Shown here in pieces: positions 59,729-64,000 of a DNA stretch of 64,000 nt. Each line of letters begins with the position of its first letter. The first letter of the stretch is position 1. Both the position numbers and the translations under genes were made by a program. Below the pieces are notes generated by a model, which saw only the letters and a program-made list of their open reading frames with translations, did no database searches and was not told where the DNA came from. The DNA is taken from contig CAWBOS010000015.1 in the NCBI GenBank assembly GCA_963790475.1, forward strand, positions 352,001 through 416,000. Direction: 5' to 3'. This DNA is from an uncultured delta proteobacterium (lineage in GTDB: Bacteria > Desulfobacterota > RBG-13-43-22).

Positions 59729-59931
59729 TCAAAGCTTACGCCATTAAGGGTTTAATAAACGTCTTGTCAGGCAAATTAAGGACTTGCACCAGATGAGGCC
59801 GGGAGTGGTTTTTCGGAGGATGTCCACCTTCCAGCCATAGACTTCTTCAATGTCGAGGATTATGTTGGGATTGACTATCGCCTTGTCCTTCGATATTATT
59901 ATGAATATTTTCACCAGGAAAGCCAAGTCCT

Positions 59932-60630
59932 TTGTCCTTAATTCTTTCAAATTCTCATGTTATCCTGAACAAAACCTCCGTCTCCTGGATAGGGATCGAG
60001 CCGCTTCAAGAAACTTGTCTGGGTATTGTGATTCTCGAGATAGGAGCCCTCTCCCACAGCGAAGGCCATTTATTCACCCCCCGTGAATTGGAAAAATTCT
60101 TAAAGATGGGACCGCGAAGACAGAGGAGTTTCACCGCCTCCAGAATATCCCTAAAGAATCTTTCCCGCCTCCTTGGTCTGGTCGAAGACAACAGGCTAGA
60201 CCGCACCATTGAAACTCTTGGCCCTGATGGGCAGAGGCCCTGTCTGGTAGACAGCGGGTTAAACTGCTCGGTCTCCCATAATTCCCGATTCGTTGTAGCG
60301 GTCGCCCACCAGCATCCGGTTGGTGTGGATATCGAGGGGGTTTCCGACAGGATCCAAAGGATTCAGCATATTTTTCTATCCCCCGGGGAAAAGCAATTGC
60401 TTTTACGATCAGGTCTTGATTTTCAACTCGCCGCGACCCGGGTCTGGTCAACCAAGGAGGCAGCGGCCAAGGCCTTGGGACTCCATCTTTTTCAGGCTGT
60501 CCGTGAGGTGAAGGTAGTCAAAATTAAAAAAGAAGAAAGTTCAATAAGGGTCCAAGAAAAAACTTACCTGGCCAGGTATAGCCAGGGAGATGGCCAGGTG
60601 ATCGCTCTGGTCACCTGTGATGACCTTTGA
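59932..60630 (+). CDS. 4'-phosphopantetheinyl transferase (Sfp/EntD-like)
   Basis: SVSH, VGVDIE, WSTKEAAAKA. Start is uncertain. Confidence 0.85.
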   Translation: MSLILSNSHVILNKTSVSWIGIEPLQETCLGIVILEIGALSHSEGHLFTPRELEKFLKMGPRRQRSFTASRISLKNLSRLLGLVEDNRLDRTIETLGPDGQRPCLVDSGLNCSVSHNSRFVVAVAHQHPVGVDIEGVSDRIQRIQHIFLSPGEKQLLLRSGLDFQLAATRVWSTKEAAAKALGLHLFQAVREVKVVKIKKEESSIRVQEKTYLARYSQGDGQVIALVTCDDL

Positions 60631-60638
60631 GAATCGAC

Positions 60639-62381
60639 TCAGCCATTCGAATCAAAGGCTTGGGGGCTTGAAGGAAGAAAAGCTATGCCCCAGGAACCCG
60701 GACCCATGTGGGCCGCAGAGGTGAGAGAGAGGAGTTGCAAAGAGATTTCCGCCAGAGGAAACCGGCGCTGAATCTCCGGTTTGATCTCCTTTTCCAGCCA
60801 GTCACGATTGTCCGAGTATTCGAGAAGCAGGGTGGATTTCCGATCTTTGGGAAGCTCCTTTTCCAGAGACCGAAGGGCGAATTTCACCTGATCCTGGAGG
60901 CTTCTCACCACTCCCAACTTTCGCGCCCCATCCGGAAAGGGGCTGATAATCGGTTTGATGTTCAGTACATCCCCAAAGAAGGCCCCGGTCTTGGACATGC
61001 GTCCGCCGGCGGCCAGGAAATGCAACTTGTCCAGGAAGATGTATTCCTGCACCTGTTGAATAGCGTTTTTGGCAAAAGCGACAACTTCCTCAGGGTCATT
61101 GACCACCAGGGCCATTTCAGCTGCGGCTTTGGCGACCAGTCCGAGTTTCCCCGAGGCCACCCCCGTATCAATCACCGTCATCCGGTCTTCGGGGTCATTC
61201 TCGGACTTCCATTTCGTGACCGCCTCATAATTCCCGGTATAAAAGGAGCCTACACAAAGATAAAGGACCCGGTTGTGGACTTTCATGACCTTATGATAGC
61301 ATTCCCTCCGCTCCGCGTCCGAGGCCTGGCTTGTGGAAACCTTAGCACCGCCCCTCATGGCCATAAAGAGCTGGGATGAATCCACATAGGTTTCAGGGAG
61401 GCAGAGAAGATCCATGGTGATGTAACTATTAAGGAGCGTGATTCCCAGGTCTTGGGCCAGGTCCCGGGTTAGGGAACCGGCGGCATCGGTCATGATGTGG
61501 ATGCACTGGTCCTTCCGGGGTTCAATGAACCGCAAGGTCTGTTGGGATAGATCGTCCTCGGACCAGCTGACGATGGACCCCAGGGCGGCCAGTTCCTGTC
61601 TGGCCCTTTCGCGATCTGAGGCGTGGAGATGTATTTTTAGCCAATCCCCTCCGGGCAGGGCCACCAATGATTCACCCACCTCCGACATTTGCTTCATTAC
61701 CTCTTGGTCCTCCCCTTCAACCTTGAGCACCACATCCAGACAGTAGCCCTGGTAGGGCCGTTCCTGCCAGGTGGAAGAAAAATCGACGGCATCCTTCAGT
61801 TCGTCAATGAAAAGGGAGTGCTCTACCGGCCGGCCGGCCAGGGTATTGAGTAAGGGATCGAGGAAAACCAGCATGCCCAGGGCCCCGGCATCAACCACCC
61901 CGGCTTCCTTAAGTTCGGGCAATTGTTCGGTGGTGGCTCTTACTGTCTCTTCCAAATCGGAAACGACCCCTCTCACCCAGACGCCTGAATCTTCAGGAGG
62001 GGTTTTCTTCAAGGAGGTCACCAGGGTGTCAAAAAGAGAGAGCATGGTCCCCGGTTGAGGATGGGAAACAGCTTGGTAGGCCATATCACGGCCAGTCTCG
62101 GCTGCCGCGCCCAGGGAACCAAGGTCGTTAGTTTGGAGAAAACCGGCCAGGAATCGAGCGGCGATGTTTCCGGAATTGCCTCTGGCCGAAAGCAGGATTT
62201 CATGGATTATCAGATCAGGAGAAGAGGGATTATTCCGTAAGGGGCCCAGGGTGATTACCATATTACGACCCGTATCACCATCGGGCACTGGGTAGACATT
62301 GATCCGGTCCAGGGTATCAGCCCAGGCCACAATCTTTTCATAGCCGGCAGCCAGGGCCTTCATTAGAAAATTATCCGACAT
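60639..62381 (-). CDS. DAK2 (FakA-like) - DegV (FakB-like) fusion protein
   Basis: NVYPVPDGDTG, ARGNSG, VVDAGA, KIHLH; then TDAA, STSQ, GGRM, AHMGPG. Confidence 0.9.
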   Translation of the reverse strand: MSDNFLMKALAAGYEKIVAWADTLDRINVYPVPDGDTGRNMVITLGPLRNNPSSPDLIIHEILLSARGNSGNIAARFLAGFLQTNDLGSLGAAAETGRDMAYQAVSHPQPGTMLSLFDTLVTSLKKTPPEDSGVWVRGVVSDLEETVRATTEQLPELKEAGVVDAGALGMLVFLDPLLNTLAGRPVEHSLFIDELKDAVDFSSTWQERPYQGYCLDVVLKVEGEDQEVMKQMSEVGESLVALPGGDWLKIHLHASDRERARQELAALGSIVSWSEDDLSQQTLRFIEPRKDQCIHIMTDAAGSLTRDLAQDLGITLLNSYITMDLLCLPETYVDSSQLFMAMRGGAKVSTSQASDAERRECYHKVMKVHNRVLYLCVGSFYTGNYEAVTKWKSENDPEDRMTVIDTGVASGKLGLVAKAAAEMALVVNDPEEVVAFAKNAIQQVQEYIFLDKLHFLAAGGRMSKTGAFFGDVLNIKPIISPFPDGARKLGVVRSLQDQVKFALRSLEKELPKDRKSTLLLEYSDNRDWLEKEIKPEIQRRFPLAEISLQLLSLTSAAHMGPGSWGIAFLPSSPQAFDSNG

Positions 62382-62391
62382 GATCAACTCG

Positions 62392-63333
62392 TTAACTCCT
62401 GTCTCCTCCGGAATTCGATATCGAAAGGCGGGAAGCGGCCTTTCCTGTACCTGCCGGCTCGGATTGAAAAAAAGGCTCAAAGATGTACCACTGAAAAGGA
62501 TATCGGCGTACCATCTCCTCCAGGGCTTCTGCGTAGCCCTGGGCGCTTTCCTGAAGGGCCTTGTCCCTTCCGGAACGGGAAGAGGTCTTCACCTGTCTGG
62601 GAGGGAGGACAATGACCTGGTGTCTTCCTCTTTTTATCCGAAAGGTAAAAAGAATGAAGAGAGGCGCTCCGGTGATCAGGGCCAGAAGATAGGGACCTGA
62701 GGCCAGGGCCACCTCCCGGCCAAAGAATGTTACCGGCAAAAGAGAGCGCTGTTCGGTCCAGACCAAATCCCCGGCTATGGAGACGAATCCCCCTTCCCGG
62801 ATAAACTTGATCGCCTCCAACCCGCCCCAGAGAGAATCTTTTTCTCCCATGGCCACCTGAATGGTGATTCCCCGCTCCTGGAGGGTCTCCCGCTGATCGC
62901 GGGCCACCAGCCTGGCCTCCTTTTCACCCATCATCAGTAAAAATTTAAGTCCATATTTTTGAAAGGCGCGGGCCGCAACCTCGTAACTGCCCAAATGGGA
63001 CATGAGGAGGATTCCACCGGTCCCTTTTTCATTGGCCTCTAATATCCCTTCCTTCCCTTGTGTAGTTGCGAGTTCCCCCTTCTTTCTCTCCACGTCGATC
63101 CGGTCGCCGAAGGTAGCTGCGAAGGAATGAAACTGACGCCAAGCGCAATAGAGATGATACCATCCCCGGCGATCAGGAAAGATGACCTGATAGAGTCGGA
63201 CACTATTTCTCCTCCTGGCGGGAAGAAAAAAGAAATATCCGGTGGACACCCACCAGGAAAAAAAACGGATGGGCCAGGAGCCCAGAAAAAAGAAACCCTG
63301 GGAAGCCTTCTTTATAAAGGAAGCCTTAGTCAT
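62392..63333 (-). CDS. Lysophospholipid/lipid A lauroyl-type acyltransferase
   Basis: HLGSYE, IAGD, VTFFG, YPFQWY. Confidence 0.85.
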   Translation of the reverse strand: MTKASFIKKASQGFFFLGSWPIRFFSWWVSTGYFFFLPARRRNSVRLYQVIFPDRRGWYHLYCAWRQFHSFAATFGDRIDVERKKGELATTQGKEGILEANEKGTGGILLMSHLGSYEVAARAFQKYGLKFLLMMGEKEARLVARDQRETLQERGITIQVAMGEKDSLWGGLEAIKFIREGGFVSIAGDLVWTEQRSLLPVTFFGREVALASGPYLLALITGAPLFILFTFRIKRGRHQVIVLPPRQVKTSSRSGRDKALQESAQGYAEALEEMVRRYPFQWYIFEPFFQSEPAGTGKAASRLSISNSGGDRS

Positions 63334-63339
63334 GCTCTC

Positions 63340-64000
63340 TTATTCGGCCTGGACCTCCTGCCTCAAGACCTTCTTCTGGATCTTCCCGGCCGGGTTCCTG
63401 GGGATCTCCCGGCGGAAAAGGATGGCCTTGGGAACCCGATAATCGGGCATGTTTTCTCGGCAGTATTTGAGAATCTCCTCTCGACTCCCTTTCAGGCCTT
63501 CTTTCAGAGAGATCACCGCTACAACGGCCTGGCCCTTTATCCGGTCAGGGATACCGATCACGGCAACATCCTTGATCTTGGGGTGCTTTTCCAGGACGGC
63601 CTCGATTTGGCTGGGGTAGATGTTGAAACCACTGGAGAGGATCAGATCGTCTTTGCGGTCCACCAGGTAAAAATAGCCTTCTTCGTCCATTCGGGCCAGG
63701 TCCTTGGTGTAAAGCCAACCGTCTCGCAAAGCCGACAAGGTGAGTTCCGGATTATTCCAATAGCCTTGCATGATCTGAGGCCCTTTCACCACCATTTCGC
63801 CGATCTCACCCGGGGCACATTCTTCCCGACCGGTTTCCATGTCCATGATTCGGACATCCGTGTCCGGTGAGGGAAGGCCGATGGAGCCTCGGGGTCCTCC
63901 GTGGGGGGAAGGTAAGAAATGGGTGGCCCCGGAGGCCTCGGAAAGCCCGTAGGCCTCGATAATCTTCCGGCCGGTGAGTTCTTCGTAACGTTCATGAGCC
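63340..64000 (-). CDS. Long-chain acyl-CoA ligase (AMP-binding), 3' part only
   Basis: EAYGLSEA near 63950, GPQIMQGYW, YLVDRKDD, GFNIYP, GKI. The frame stays open to the window edge. Confidence 0.92.
   Translation of the reverse strand, partial: AHERYEELTGRKIIEAYGLSEASGATHFLPSPHGGPRGSIGLPSPDTDVRIMDMETGREECAPGEIGEMVVKGPQIMQGYWNNPELTLSALRDGWLYTKDLARMDEEGYFYLVDRKDDLILSSGFNIYPSQIEAVLEKHPKIKDVAVIGIPDRIKGQAVVAVISLKEGLKGSREEILKYCRENMPDYRVPKAILFRREIPRNPAGKIQKKVLRQEVQAE

Noticed and set aside
63058-63870. 270-aa plus-strand ORF
   Set aside because: Antisense to the ligase and acyltransferase, with no recognisable motif.

Overview
Chromosomal window, probably from an anaerobic Desulfobacterota (deltaproteobacterial) genome, judged from gene content and sigma-54 architecture. 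It holds mostly acyl-CoA, hydrolase and transport genes, a sugar-type ABC locus, hrcA-grpE-dnaK and the edge of a lipid acylation cluster. No rRNA, tRNA, CRISPR array or reverse transcriptase was seen. Most notable: (1) a translationally coupled pair of STAND-like ATPase genes just downstream of dnaK, the second with a winged helix and a 120-bp-periodic, apparently shuffling TPR array but no recognisable effector; (2) an intact IS1111-type IS110 element inserted in a REP-like palindrome, whose 3' structured RNA contains an 8-mer complementary to the insertion target; (3) a sigma-54 TauE/USP/PEP-synthase-like cluster with a catalytically empty paralogue on the opposite strand; (4) a solitary attC site behind a toxin-antitoxin pair; (5) a MITE-like element. 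Two genes are split by single-base homopolymer frameshifts. All calls come from reading motifs by eye; no database searches were run.
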